Below are positions 21,278-30,884 of a stretch of DNA of 64,000 bases, piece after piece; within the stretch, counting starts at the first letter, position 1; each line of letters begins with the position of its first letter. A program made the translations under genes and the position numbers. This stretch comes from a virus (lineage: Duplodnaviria > Heunggongvirae > Uroviricota > Caudoviricetes), in IMG/VR virus record IMGVR_UViG_3300034157_000066; one strand, written 5' to 3'. The notes under the pieces are model-generated. The model saw only the letters and a list, made by a program, of their open reading frames with translations, made no database searches and was not told the DNA's origin.

Positions 21278-22678
21278 ATGAGTAAACACAATTTCAATTT
21301 TTCAGAAGTTTCTGCTGTTAGCGAAGTCCCAAAAGCGGTTGAAGTCGTAGTCAGCACTTATCAATCCTCAGAAGATGGTCCGATTATCCATGAATCCATT
21401 CCCGTTGACATTCATCGTTACCTTGATGAAGAAAATTTCAGCGTTCAACATGGTTCTGTGTTCTATGTCATGCTGCATGTCAAAGCGGATGATAAATCCA
21501 TCGCTAAAAAAGTGACTACTGCTATTGCTGGTTTGCCAAAACATCTCACTAAGGTATCGGTTCTTGCTGATGTCGGTTGTTTGAAACAGTTTACTGCAGC
21601 TCTGCTGGTGGCGACTGCTCAACATTGGACAGCGAAATCCGAACAAAAAGCAAAACAACCAAAAGACGTTACCATTGTCTATGAAGGTGATGAACCTCTT
21701 GGTGAATTGAACGACCAAATTCAGTTAGGTAAAGCACTCGCATTGGCTCAGGCAACCAAGATTCGCCTTATTGAAATGCCTTCCAATTATCTCACGCCTA
21801 CTGCTTTGCTTCAAGAAGCCAAGAACATCATGGCATCGAGCCAAAAGGTCACTCTTTCTGTTGTCAGTGGTAAAGACTTGGAAGAAGAAGGATACGGCTC
21901 GCTTTACGCGGTTTCGAAAGGTTCTGTCGAAGAAGGTCATTTGATCACTCTTGAGTATAATGGCGGTGTCAAAGGTGAAGCCCCTATTGTGCTGGTAGGT
22001 AAAGGTTTGACGTTTGACTCAGGTGGTATTTCTATCAAGCCATCCCGTGGTATGGGTCGCATGAAAGGTGACATGGGGGGTGCAGCTACCGTTCTTGCAT
22101 CGTTGATTTATGCGATTGAAACCAATGTGAAGAAAAACATTGTGGCGATCATTGCAACGTGTGAAAACATGCCAGATGCTGCTGCTCTGAAACCGGGTGA
22201 TGTGATTACCGCTAAAAATGGTAAGACCATTGAAGTGGAAGATACAGACGCAGAAGGTCGTTTGGTGTTGGCTGACGCTCTTTGCCATGCTCAAACCTTT
22301 AATGGTGCTGTAACCATCGACTTTGCGACACTAACAGGTGCTGTGATTGCGGCTATCGGCCATGTTCACACTGGCTTGTTCACTGAAAGTGATGAGTGGG
22401 CTGAAACCCTTCTTGCGGCGGGTAAAGCTTCTGGTGATACAGCGTGGCGTTTGCCTATGGGTGATGAGTATAATCATTTTCTTGAAAGCTCTGTTGCCGA
22501 TTTGAACAACCTTTGCTTGGGTCAGGGTGCAGGAGCTACCAACGGTGCTATATTCTTGCGTGAGTTCGCTCCCAAAGAAAACTGGATTCACCTTGATATT
22601 GCGGGCACCAGCGATCACAACGGTGGTACCGGAAGACCAGTAGGATTGATGTCGCATTTCTTGGACACATTCCGTTAA
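21278..22678 (+). CDS. pepA: M17 leucyl aminopeptidase (PepA/PepB family)
   Basis: LVGKGLTFDSGG, IKP, MKGDMGGAA, TDAEGRLVLADAL and WIHLDIAG; all metal ligands present. Confidence 0.9.
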   Translation: MSKHNFNFSEVSAVSEVPKAVEVVVSTYQSSEDGPIIHESIPVDIHRYLDEENFSVQHGSVFYVMLHVKADDKSIAKKVTTAIAGLPKHLTKVSVLADVGCLKQFTAALLVATAQHWTAKSEQKAKQPKDVTIVYEGDEPLGELNDQIQLGKALALAQATKIRLIEMPSNYLTPTALLQEAKNIMASSQKVTLSVVSGKDLEEEGYGSLYAVSKGSVEEGHLITLEYNGGVKGEAPIVLVGKGLTFDSGGISIKPSRGMGRMKGDMGGAATVLASLIYAIETNVKKNIVAIIATCENMPDAAALKPGDVITAKNGKTIEVEDTDAEGRLVLADALCHAQTFNGAVTIDFATLTGAVIAAIGHVHTGLFTESDEWAETLLAAGKASGDTAWRLPMGDEYNHFLESSVADLNNLCLGQGAGATNGAIFLREFAPKENWIHLDIAGTSDHNGGTGRPVGLMSHFLDTFR

Positions 22679-22799
22679 TCGAAATTGACGTATTCAAAAG
22701 AGCCTTCATGGCTCTTTTTTCTTTTCCACTCTTATAAAATTGATTAATATTGTTTTTTGTGGTATTATCACAATCCATTAAATTAAAAGGTGTTCTCAT

Positions 22800-23495
22800 A
22801 TGTTAAATTCCTGTATTCAAGAACTTGCAATAGAACCAAAAGATAATGTTGGGCCAGCAGAGATACAAATTCAGAAATCAAAAATTGTTGAAAATGCTAG
22901 TAAAGTCATTGAAACCTTTAAAGTTTCCTCAATGCTTTCTGAACACCTTTATTTTTGTCTCATTGATAACAATTCTTATTTTGATGAAAGATTTTCATTC
23001 CTTGTTGATTACTCAAAAGATGAAGGTGTCAAAGGTGAATCTGCATTGATCTTGAAAGATGTTGGCAATGTTTTTAACTTGAAATTAGGTTATATTCAAG
23101 AATCGAAAAAAGGCTCCAGCATTAAAATTGAATTTGACAACAATCAGAATATTAAACATGTTATTTTTTCCCTTCATTTAAATGTTAGAAACAATAGATT
23201 TGACGCCACAGAAATTCAATTTATTTGTGATGGCTCATTGAAGTTGTTTGATTATAAATACACATCTATCCTCGTTGACCCGACAACAAAATCATTAGTT
23301 AGACATCAAATTGTTAAAGATGAAAAAACTTTACTTGATTTATCGGATGAAGTTTTCTTTATTAACATGAAGATCAATAATAAAAATGAGGTGCTTGCTG
23401 ATTTGTTGCCAGAACTTTTCATACCTTCTGCGTATGATTTCAATAGTTTTGATTTCCAATCTCGTTTTGAAATGATTGATATGGTTCTTTATTGA
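22800..23495 (+). CDS. PSAYDF-family protein with C-terminal DM tag
   Basis: Ends LPELFIPSAYDFNSFDFQSRFEMIDMVLY. Confidence 0.8.
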   Translation: MLNSCIQELAIEPKDNVGPAEIQIQKSKIVENASKVIETFKVSSMLSEHLYFCLIDNNSYFDERFSFLVDYSKDEGVKGESALILKDVGNVFNLKLGYIQESKKGSSIKIEFDNNQNIKHVIFSLHLNVRNNRFDATEIQFICDGSLKLFDYKYTSILVDPTTKSLVRHQIVKDEKTLLDLSDEVFFINMKINNKNEVLADLLPELFIPSAYDFNSFDFQSRFEMIDMVLY

Positions 23496-23522
23496 TTGAA
23501 CTTTTGATGAACAAAAGAGCCT

Positions 23523-23951
23523 TTATAGGCTCTTTTTCTTTTGTGGTGTAAAAATCTTTTGCTTCATGTGATGAAGTTCTTTTCTTTCTAGTATCAGTGC
23601 ATCTGGATTACTATCGTCTACAATAATCCAGTCAAAGAATAATAAGATGACCAATCGCTCTTTATCTTCTGGTTCATAGTGCAAGTTATGTTTTTCTTTT
23701 TCAAGATATTCAGCAACTTCTGTATAGTTTTTAAACTTCCATTTTTTCTGCTTGCTTTCGATTGTTTTTTTTCTTTCAAACACGCCCATCATTTTTAATA
23801 TAATTAGAAGTACAATAATTTCAATGACAACCAGCACCCAATTAATTGATTGATGTAACAAAAAATCATTTGCAATACCAAAGGCAGCTCCTATTGCATA
23901 GACAACCAAACCTAAAAATATTAATAAATCTAACATTATCATTTTAATCAC
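23523..23951 (-). CDS. membrane hypothetical protein
   Basis: Two N-terminal hydrophobic segments; GGAG RBS. Confidence 0.7.
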   Translation of the reverse strand: MIKMIMLDLLIFLGLVVYAIGAAFGIANDFLLHQSINWVLVVIEIIVLLIILKMMGVFERKKTIESKQKKWKFKNYTEVAEYLEKEKHNLHYEPEDKERLVILLFFDWIIVDDSNPDALILERKELHHMKQKIFTPQKKKSL

Positions 23952-24008
23952 TCCTTCTTGGTACCTATATCTTATAATGATACTCGGTTAAATCAACTTT
24001 TATTTTCT

Positions 24009-24037
24009 TTGACTTTTATTGTTATTTATATTATAAT
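24009..24037 (+). promoter_or_regulatory. sigma70-type promoter
   Basis: TTGACT-17 bp-TATAAT. Confidence 0.8.
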
Positions 24038-24077
24038 CCGAACGGTTTAATCAATATTTATTTAATTGGAGGCTTTG

Positions 24078-24857
24078 ATGGATTTGAAACTTTTCATAAA
24101 AAAAACAATGACATTTAGCCACAATGTTTTATTCAATTACACTGGTTTGTTGAGTGTCTTGTTTTTTGCTATCAGCTATTTCTCATTCACTTATTTTCAA
24201 AATGAACACATTCACTTGGTTTATTACACATTGTTACTTACACCTATTTTCTATGGTTTTGCCTTCATTTACCAATTAGGACTATTTGTAAAAAACAAAA
24301 TCACACTTGAAGGTCATGTTTTTAAAAATCTCTTAGAAAATCTTCATCCCGGTCGAGAAAAAGCCTTTTACGATAACTTTTTCCCACTTTTCTTAATTAT
24401 GTGTTTATCATCTTTTTATTGTTTAGGTTTAATATTTTTTCCACGATTCATAGAATCAATTAGCCTTCTTTATCAAAAGCCTTTTGACAACTTTGCTTCA
24501 AGTTTTCTTTTATTTAGTATTTCTAGTTTTTATGTTTTTATTAGTTGTTTGGCTTTTAAAATATTACAAAAAGGTAATCTATTATTGTCAGAATCAATTT
24601 CTGTTAAAAATGAATACTGTTCAAAGCATGAAATCTCTGCACAAGATTCTTCTGATATGATGTTTACTCTTTATGATGGTAACGTTATTAATGTATTGTT
24701 TGATGATCTAATTGTTAATGTTAAAAAGGATGAAGCTATTTACAAAAAGAAAAAATACAAGCATACCGCATTAAACAGTTATCTCAACGAAACGGGATTA
24801 ACCCTCAAAGAATTATCACCGTCAGACTGGGTAGTTGTGGATTTTATGTCCATTTGA
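24078..24857 (+). CDS. membrane protein with C-terminal D-F-M-x-I tag
   Basis: About four TM segments; GGAGG RBS; ends SDWVVVDFMSI. Confidence 0.8.
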   Translation: MDLKLFIKKTMTFSHNVLFNYTGLLSVLFFAISYFSFTYFQNEHIHLVYYTLLLTPIFYGFAFIYQLGLFVKNKITLEGHVFKNLLENLHPGREKAFYDNFFPLFLIMCLSSFYCLGLIFFPRFIESISLLYQKPFDNFASSFLLFSISSFYVFISCLAFKILQKGNLLLSESISVKNEYCSKHEISAQDSSDMMFTLYDGNVINVLFDDLIVNVKKDEAIYKKKKYKHTALNSYLNETGLTLKELSPSDWVVVDFMSI

Positions 24858-24896
24858 TGGTATAATCCATTCATTACTTTAAGGTGGTGTGACTCT

Positions 24897-25595
24897 ATGT
24901 TTAGACTTCCCAATTTGATGAAGGAAAAAGAGCGAGAAATCGACTATCTCAGTCGGTTGTCCGTTCATCCACGCTGCACACTGAAAACTACCAAAGAAGT
25001 TCAACGCATTCTAGTCGATTTTATTCAGCGGAATAAACTTGATCTCAATGGTCAAACAGGACGGCGTTATGTGACGTTCAGGGAACATGGGTTTGAGGAA
25101 TCCTTCATTGGTGGTTTTGGTTCTCGCCATCAAATTGCCCACCTTATTATTGATAAAGAATTCAACATCAAAGATCATGCTGCGACAAACTTTATCAATA
25201 TTGTCAAACTGTATGAAAAGATTGACATGGATGCAATATTAACAGAAGAATGTGTGACTTTTTCTTTGAAAGAAGGTTACACCAAACTTGAAGATGTCGA
25301 ATACGTTGAATTTGTTTACAATGCCTGTATTTCTAACGACAAATGGTATTACCCAGAATCAAAGATCCTTGTTCGCCATTACCTTGATGGAGCAGAACCT
25401 TCGTTCTCAATGGTAGACCGTGAAGACATTGATATGGATCTGCTTATTACCTTAACAACCTCTCTCACTAGATTTAATGATATCCTTCCACCATTCATTG
25501 AAAGTCACAAAGAAGCTTTTTGTGCAAAGCTCGGGATTGATAGCACTGATTTTAGCGATGACACAAATATGCTTATTCAGATGATGGATGTTTGA
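24897..25595 (+). CDS. hypothetical protein with C-terminal MMDV tag
   Basis: Ends DDTNMLIQMMDV. Confidence 0.8.
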   Translation: MFRLPNLMKEKEREIDYLSRLSVHPRCTLKTTKEVQRILVDFIQRNKLDLNGQTGRRYVTFREHGFEESFIGGFGSRHQIAHLIIDKEFNIKDHAATNFINIVKLYEKIDMDAILTEECVTFSLKEGYTKLEDVEYVEFVYNACISNDKWYYPESKILVRHYLDGAEPSFSMVDREDIDMDLLITLTTSLTRFNDILPPFIESHKEAFCAKLGIDSTDFSDDTNMLIQMMDV

Positions 25596-25645
25596 TTTTC
25601 ATTGAATAATCTGTTAGAATACAGGATATTTAAGGAGATTAAACT

Positions 25646-25876
25646 ATGTTGAATTCTGTTGCAGATGTCGCCGCTTTTGCGGAATCAATGGGCAAAGACT
25701 ACCATTACAATGGTGTGCTTGCTTTGATGGAAAAGGATCGCATTCTTCCATTCTACGAAAGTAAGTCACTTGAAGTCTACAAAGGTGTTGGTAAGGATTA
25801 TGGTTGGTCGGAAGCTCTTTGCGAAATCTTTGATGCTTATGTTGAAAAACATGGCGATCAGGAGCTGACTGATTAA
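25646..25876 (+). CDS. hypothetical protein
   Basis: AAGGAG RBS; terminator follows. Confidence 0.75.
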   Translation: MLNSVADVAAFAESMGKDYHYNGVLALMEKDRILPFYESKSLEVYKGVGKDYGWSEALCEIFDAYVEKHGDQELTD

Positions 25877-25987
25877 TTCGTTTTGTATTTGTCATTAAAT
25901 AAGAGGCTTCGGCCTCTTTTTTTGTTGCCTAAAATTCTTGTTTTTGTTATAATGGCTTCAATAATTTTTAACTTGATGGATATTAAA

Positions 25988-26563
25988 ATGTTCAAAAATA
26001 TCATTGCAATAGCCTTGTTGATCATCACCGCTACGTTGGCCGGTTGCTCGGGTAATCCACAATATGGCCCGCTGACTTCCATCAATGCTGATAAATCGGT
26101 AGACATTGGCTCCTATGTCCAGTGGAATGATGAGTATGCTGTTACGGCTAAGCATGTTAAAAATGTAAAGAACGTTGCTTATGTCTCCAAACAATATGAC
26201 TTGGTATTCTTCAAGCATAAGTCGTCAGCACCTTTGAAATGGGCTGATACGAAAGTCAATGAACCGCTAGTTTCCAAAGGTTTTCCTTTCTTCCCACAAC
26301 GACTAAAAGAAAATGTTGTTTCTGCTAACAATGTCAACGTCAATCTCACTTTGGATAACGTGCCGCATTATTTCTTGATGGACGCTCAACTGGTGGGTGG
26401 TATGTCAGGTGGCCCAGTGTTTAATCAATATAACGAAGTGGTTGGTATTAACATTGGTTACACAAACAAACGTTATAATATTGACCATAAAGAACAAGTT
26501 TACTCGATTTACCTCTCACACCAAGGCATTCAGCAAGAATGGAATAAATTTGTTTCACAATAA
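25988..26563 (+). CDS. trypsin-like (S1) serine protease lipoprotein
   Basis: Lipobox LAGC; triad motifs TAKH, YDL, GGMSGGPV. Confidence 0.8.
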   Translation: MFKNIIAIALLIITATLAGCSGNPQYGPLTSINADKSVDIGSYVQWNDEYAVTAKHVKNVKNVAYVSKQYDLVFFKHKSSAPLKWADTKVNEPLVSKGFPFFPQRLKENVVSANNVNVNLTLDNVPHYFLMDAQLVGGMSGGPVFNQYNEVVGINIGYTNKRYNIDHKEQVYSIYLSHQGIQQEWNKFVSQ

Positions 26564-26673
26564 TTAATGTCGCTATGGTTAACTATTCAGAAACCTCTTC
26601 ATTGAGGTTTTTTTGTTGCTATTTTTCTAATAAACCTGTATAATCCTTTTATTAATTTGGAGCGTTCTCGCTT

Positions 26674-26982
26674 ATGAAGATTTATATTGTCAATAAAGAC
26701 ACATTGGTAGCCTTGGAATTAGGTGACCTGTATTACATTACAGAAGAATCTGAATTTGAAGAATATACTAGCCAAGAACTTCTTGGCAATCTTTGCAATC
26801 AGACAGCAGAAATCACAGCTCGCATTAAAAAAGCATTACTTGATTTTGGTGTAGCCGACAATGAGATGATTTTTGGCCCAAAAGATTACATTATTAAGTC
26901 GCCATCCTCTGAGTTCTTTCTCTATTGTGAAGATACTATTCAGGATAATTTTACCGTTATACCGCTTTTGGAACAAAAATAA
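26674..26982 (+). CDS. hypothetical protein
   Basis: Follows TATAAT promoter. Confidence 0.7.
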   Translation: MKIYIVNKDTLVALELGDLYYITEESEFEEYTSQELLGNLCNQTAEITARIKKALLDFGVADNEMIFGPKDYIIKSPSSEFFLYCEDTIQDNFTVIPLLEQK

Positions 26983-27000
26983 TATTATTGGAGGTAACCT

Positions 27001-27240
27001 ATGCATAATAATGATTCAACTGATAACAACAATCGACCACCACAGCGAGATCGGTCTGGTCGTCGGAATCGGAATCCATTACCTAGTCAAATTCCTGTAC
27101 CACCTCCCGAAGCACCCGTGGCACATTCGAAAAAAAGTCCTTCTTTTTCAACATTGAAAAATATTGTTATGGACACTGAAAGTCTTACAGCAGAACAAAA
27201 ACTTGAACTGATTGACAAGATCAGTGATTTGTACACTTAA
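27001..27240 (+). CDS. Pro-rich hypothetical protein (paralog of 27261)
   Basis: Shared C-terminus SPxFxTLKNIxMDxESLxxEQKLxLIDKISxLY. Confidence 0.75.
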   Translation: MHNNDSTDNNNRPPQRDRSGRRNRNPLPSQIPVPPPEAPVAHSKKSPSFSTLKNIVMDTESLTAEQKLELIDKISDLYT

Positions 27241-27260
27241 TTATTGAAATGGAGCAACCT

Positions 27261-27533
27261 ATGTCAGCAAAAGAACCAACACCGTACCCTGATAATTTGA
27301 AAAGACGTGGTGACAATCGCCCTGATCATGAATGTTTTACTAACGTCAATCCACCTGCACCAGCTAATTGTCGCCCGCTTAAAGCACCCGTCGCTCCACC
27401 ACGACCACCTAAACCTTATGCAGAGCATTCACCCACATTTTTGACATTGAAAAATATCATTATGGATGACGAAAGCCTTTCTCCCGAACAGAAACTTGGG
27501 TTGATCGACAAAATTAGTGAATTATATAGATAG
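27261..27533 (+). CDS. Pro-rich hypothetical protein (paralog of 27001)
   Basis: GGAG RBS before ATG 27261. Confidence 0.75.
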   Translation: MSAKEPTPYPDNLKRRGDNRPDHECFTNVNPPAPANCRPLKAPVAPPRPPKPYAEHSPTFLTLKNIIMDDESLSPEQKLGLIDKISELYR

Positions 27534-27592
27534 GTTGCCAACTACCTTCATTTAAGCTATACTGTTAGCTATTAAATTGTTGAGGTTTCATC

Positions 27593-28084
27593 ATGGATCA
27601 GTTAGCTTATTTGAAAAAAAGCATTCTTGTTTTTGGCATTTTGTTTGTGGCTTGCCTTGCTTGCATTTATGGTTCTTATCGTTTGCATGATTATGGTGAA
27701 TACCGGACTCACAAAGAAACTCGACATGCTCGCATGATTGATGTCTTTGACGAGCACTCTCATTATAAAGGGCAGGATTACTATTACACTTATGGCTACT
27801 TTGTTGATCGTGAGTCTGGTAATCATTTTACTGATGATATTACTGAAACAACTTTCAAATCTTTTAAAAACAATGGCAACAAAGGGATTGAAACCAGTTG
27901 GCCTTACAGTATTGACAAGACAGAACAAACATCAAAAGGTGATTTCGCATTGATAGTTGGATTTCTTGGCATGATTTTTTTCACTTGCTTTGGGGTGTTC
28001 AATGCGTCTCAATTGATTATGGCTATCCATCGACGTAGCGAGTTGAAAGAAAAATTAACAGTGTTCAACAAAAAAAGCCCTTGA
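27593..28084 (+). CDS. two-TM membrane protein (paralog of 30366)
   Basis: N- and C-terminal TM; GYFxDxExxxxF shared with 30366. Confidence 0.7.
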   Translation: MDQLAYLKKSILVFGILFVACLACIYGSYRLHDYGEYRTHKETRHARMIDVFDEHSHYKGQDYYYTYGYFVDRESGNHFTDDITETTFKSFKNNGNKGIETSWPYSIDKTEQTSKGDFALIVGFLGMIFFTCFGVFNASQLIMAIHRRSELKEKLTVFNKKSP

Positions 28085-28109
28085 TGGGCTTTTTTGTTAA
28101 TCAATACCA

Positions 28110-29987
28110 TTAAATAGGTGGTGGCCCGATGTTCACTGCAATCGTCTGCGTGGCTTTTACTCCACTCAGTGATGTGGCAGTTAATGTGTAGACTATAACG
28201 CCTTGAACCTGTGGTGTAATCACACCTTCACCACCCGTAGTCACTGCTGTGCTCACACCTGAACCTGTGACTGAGCCTGTCAATTTGTAATCAACGGTAT
28301 TAGTCCCCGACCAGTAGACAATGAATGGCACGTATTGTTGACCTGTTGTTGGACCTGTGAACGATGTGATAACGGGTGGTGCTGCTACCGTAATCGTTAC
28401 TGTTCTTGTAGCTGAACGTGTCACTCCATTTAATGTTTTAGCATTTGTTAACGTATAAACATAGCTTCCATTTGTGGCGGGAGCTGTTACTACTGTTGAA
28501 CTTCCTGAAACGACGCCTACGGATCTATCTATAGAGACGATTTCAGCATTACTTATGTTCCAAGATAATGTAAACGTATTGTTTGGACCCACAGCCGAGG
28601 CTGACGTTGTGAAACTGCTGATGGTCGGATCAGCAACCACTGCAACATCTATTTTTTTCGTCACTGTTGTTCCAGCCGCATTTTTTGCAGTGATTGTATA
28701 GGTATAATCGCCTGTTGATGTGGGTGTAATATTTCGACTGGTGCTTGTTCCCATATCAATAGTCGAACTGATACCTGACCCAGAACCACCACTGCTTTTA
28801 ATGGTGTAGTTAGTCGATCCTGTTGCGGTAAATGACAATGTAAAAGCAGTATTTCTAAATACTGTATTAGGGGCTGTTAACGTCACTATCACGGGAGCTG
28901 GTAGTAACACTGATACAGCAATACCTTTGGTTACTGAGCGGCCAGCAGGGTTTGTTGCTACCATTATGAAGTTAGTTGTTCCTGATGTTGCATTGCTCAT
29001 TATTGTCATAGCACCTCCTGTTTTTGGGGCACCATTGATTACATATGTTGATACGCCATCATCAACCCATGTAAAATCTAATTGTGTGTTAGGTGATACA
29101 GTTAAACCACAGCAAATACTATTGGCATAGAACGCATCCAGTGATGGTATATTATAGACATCCACCGTTCTTTCTTGATTGATTACTAATCCGTTAAAAC
29201 TGGTGACTTCTAACTTGTAGTTGAAATTTCCAGCAGTCCCAAATGGTACTGCCCGAGAACCTACAGCAGATTCATTTCCACCATTTAATTTTACAATCGT
29301 AGAATCGCTGACATCCCAATTAAAGTTGGCTATATCGCCCACACTGACTTTTGTTTTATCCACAGTGAAACTATTAATCACTGCAGTGGATTCAACTTCG
29401 ATTGTAACCGTCTTGGTGATGTTGGGTTGACCTGCATAACCATAAGCAATGAGTGTATACGTTGCTGTTTGAGTGGGTGTTATACTGTAACTTGTATTGG
29501 TGTAATCTGTTTTACTCAGTAACCCTACTATTTCTATAAATTCTACGTTTTCTGTATTCCATATTAAATTAACAGTGTCGCCTTTACCTATTTTTAATGA
29601 ACTAGCACTAAAATCAGCCGTAGGTGGCGGTTGGTTAACACTGATTGTTATTTGTTGTGTGGTTGTTTCTCCACCATGTTTGATTATAACCGTGTAGGTG
29701 GTTGTTACGTTAGGTGATAGGAGGAAAGCTCCTGACTTATTGCTTGATGTATATATTGAGTAACCTTGAATACTTATTTCTTCTAAATCATTGTAATTCC
29801 AGTTTAGCAAGGATGAATTTCCACGATTTATAACGTTTGGTGTCACTTTTAAATCTCTTACTGTTTGCGTTGGACCGTCTATTATGTCTGCGAATTCCTC
29901 TTGTGGCAATGGTATCACGACTGTATATTCTGCGGAAGCTATTCCAGTTGACATCATCATCAATAAGGTTATTATTTTTTTATTCAT
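28110..29987 (-). CDS. secreted Ig/PKD-repeat fibre/adhesin-like protein
   Basis: Signal ending ASA-EYTVVIPL; repeated PxIxSFT...TLSW/NW beta modules; no Cys-closed tip. Confidence 0.7.
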   Translation of the reverse strand: MNKKIITLLMMMSTGIASAEYTVVIPLPQEEFADIIDGPTQTVRDLKVTPNVINRGNSSLLNWNYNDLEEISIQGYSIYTSSNKSGAFLLSPNVTTTYTVIIKHGGETTTQQITISVNQPPPTADFSASSLKIGKGDTVNLIWNTENVEFIEIVGLLSKTDYTNTSYSITPTQTATYTLIAYGYAGQPNITKTVTIEVESTAVINSFTVDKTKVSVGDIANFNWDVSDSTIVKLNGGNESAVGSRAVPFGTAGNFNYKLEVTSFNGLVINQERTVDVYNIPSLDAFYANSICCGLTVSPNTQLDFTWVDDGVSTYVINGAPKTGGAMTIMSNATSGTTNFIMVATNPAGRSVTKGIAVSVLLPAPVIVTLTAPNTVFRNTAFTLSFTATGSTNYTIKSSGGSGSGISSTIDMGTSTSRNITPTSTGDYTYTITAKNAAGTTVTKKIDVAVVADPTISSFTTSASAVGPNNTFTLSWNISNAEIVSIDRSVGVVSGSSTVVTAPATNGSYVYTLTNAKTLNGVTRSATRTVTITVAAPPVITSFTGPTTGQQYVPFIVYWSGTNTVDYKLTGSVTGSGVSTAVTTGGEGVITPQVQGVIVYTLTATSLSGVKATQTIAVNIGPPPI

Positions 29988-30096
29988 GATATATAAAAGA
30001 TGTTATACTTATTATATATATTATAGTATAAATATCCGATATCAATGGGCTACTTTTAGTTTTTTTATAAATTATCCTCTAAAAACAACAAAAAGC

Positions 30097-30125
30097 TTTA
30101 CAGCATTGTGTTTTTTTGATATTAT
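30097..30125 (+). promoter_or_regulatory. sigma70-type promoter
   Basis: TTTACA-17 bp-TATTAT. Confidence 0.65.
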
Positions 30126-30131
30126 TGTGTT

Positions 30132-30267
30132 GTTGAAATGTTTGGCCAAACGAACAAGGATACTGGTGGTGCAATGGTGCGGGCACTGTAAAATCCAGAA
30201 ATCTATCCGGGGTACGATTCCATACGCACCGCCAATTCTATATCAAGAGGCTTCGGCCTCTTTTTTT
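30132..30267 (+). ncRNA. putative structured small RNA with degenerate tRNA-like 3' part
   Basis: Promoter and terminator flank about 135 nt; GGTACGATTCC T-loop-like segment, ...CACCGCCA, stems GGATA/TATCC and CTGG/CCAG; no complete cloverleaf. Confidence 0.4.
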
Positions 30268-30310
30268 ATTTGTTTAAAGGATTATATTTATTTTCTTATC
30301 AAAGTAATTG

Positions 30311-30339
30311 TTGACGATTTTACAGTTTTTTAGTATAAT
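30311..30339 (+). promoter_or_regulatory. sigma70-type promoter
   Basis: TTGACG-17 bp-TATAAT. Confidence 0.8.
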
Positions 30340-30365
30340 CGTTGCACATGTTTAATTAGGTTTTA

Positions 30366-30806
30366 ATGATGAAAATGAACAAATTTATTCCCGTTATCTT
30401 GGGTGTCATTGTTATTTTGACACTGCTTTCTAGCTATTTAATGTATGTTGAATCAGGTAAGCGAACTGCATTGACTGTACGTGACGTTACTTTGTATGAC
30501 ACTTCTGTCACTTCTTACAAGGTAAAAAGCAACACTGTTGTTAATACAAAAGGTTACTTCTTGGATAAGGAAACTAACCTTAAATTTACAGCATCTATTC
30601 AAGACAAGTTGTATCGTGAATTCCAAGAAGGCAAAAGTAAACCTATTGATCTTCAAAGAGAATTCAACCTTGATACGATTGAAGACACTTCTGATGGACC
30701 TACTTTAAAATTTATGGCTTTTGTTTTAATTCTTTTGCTTGTGTGGTCTGCGGGCACTGTCATTATTATTAATCGACAAACGAAAAACAAAAAAGAAACC
30801 GACTAG
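30366..30806 (+). CDS. two-TM membrane protein (paralog of 27593)
   Basis: Topology and motif shared with 27593. Confidence 0.75.
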   Translation: MMKMNKFIPVILGVIVILTLLSSYLMYVESGKRTALTVRDVTLYDTSVTSYKVKSNTVVNTKGYFLDKETNLKFTASIQDKLYREFQEGKSKPIDLQREFNLDTIEDTSDGPTLKFMAFVLILLLVWSAGTVIIINRQTKNKKETD

Positions 30807-30884
30807 CACAAGAGTTTATCTCTTTACATTAAATCTGTTTTTTGATAGAATAGTGTCATCTAATCAATAGCAAGGAACATCAAC

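Larger units (their letters stand above)
7699..30267. repeat. dispersed AGAGGC-N3-4-GCCTCT terminator family (10 copies)
   Basis: Copies at about 7699, 10416, 13063, 13625, 15631, 16881, 17523, 20601, 25901, 30245; A-run before and T-run after; several lie between convergent genes. Confidence 0.85.

Noticed and set aside
21200-22800. cer/psi/dif recombination site near pepA
   Set aside because: No XerC/XerD consensus pair found by eye.
7699-30267. Integron attC sites
   Set aside because: No RYYYAAC/GTTRRRY ends and no integrase; they are short terminator-type hairpins.
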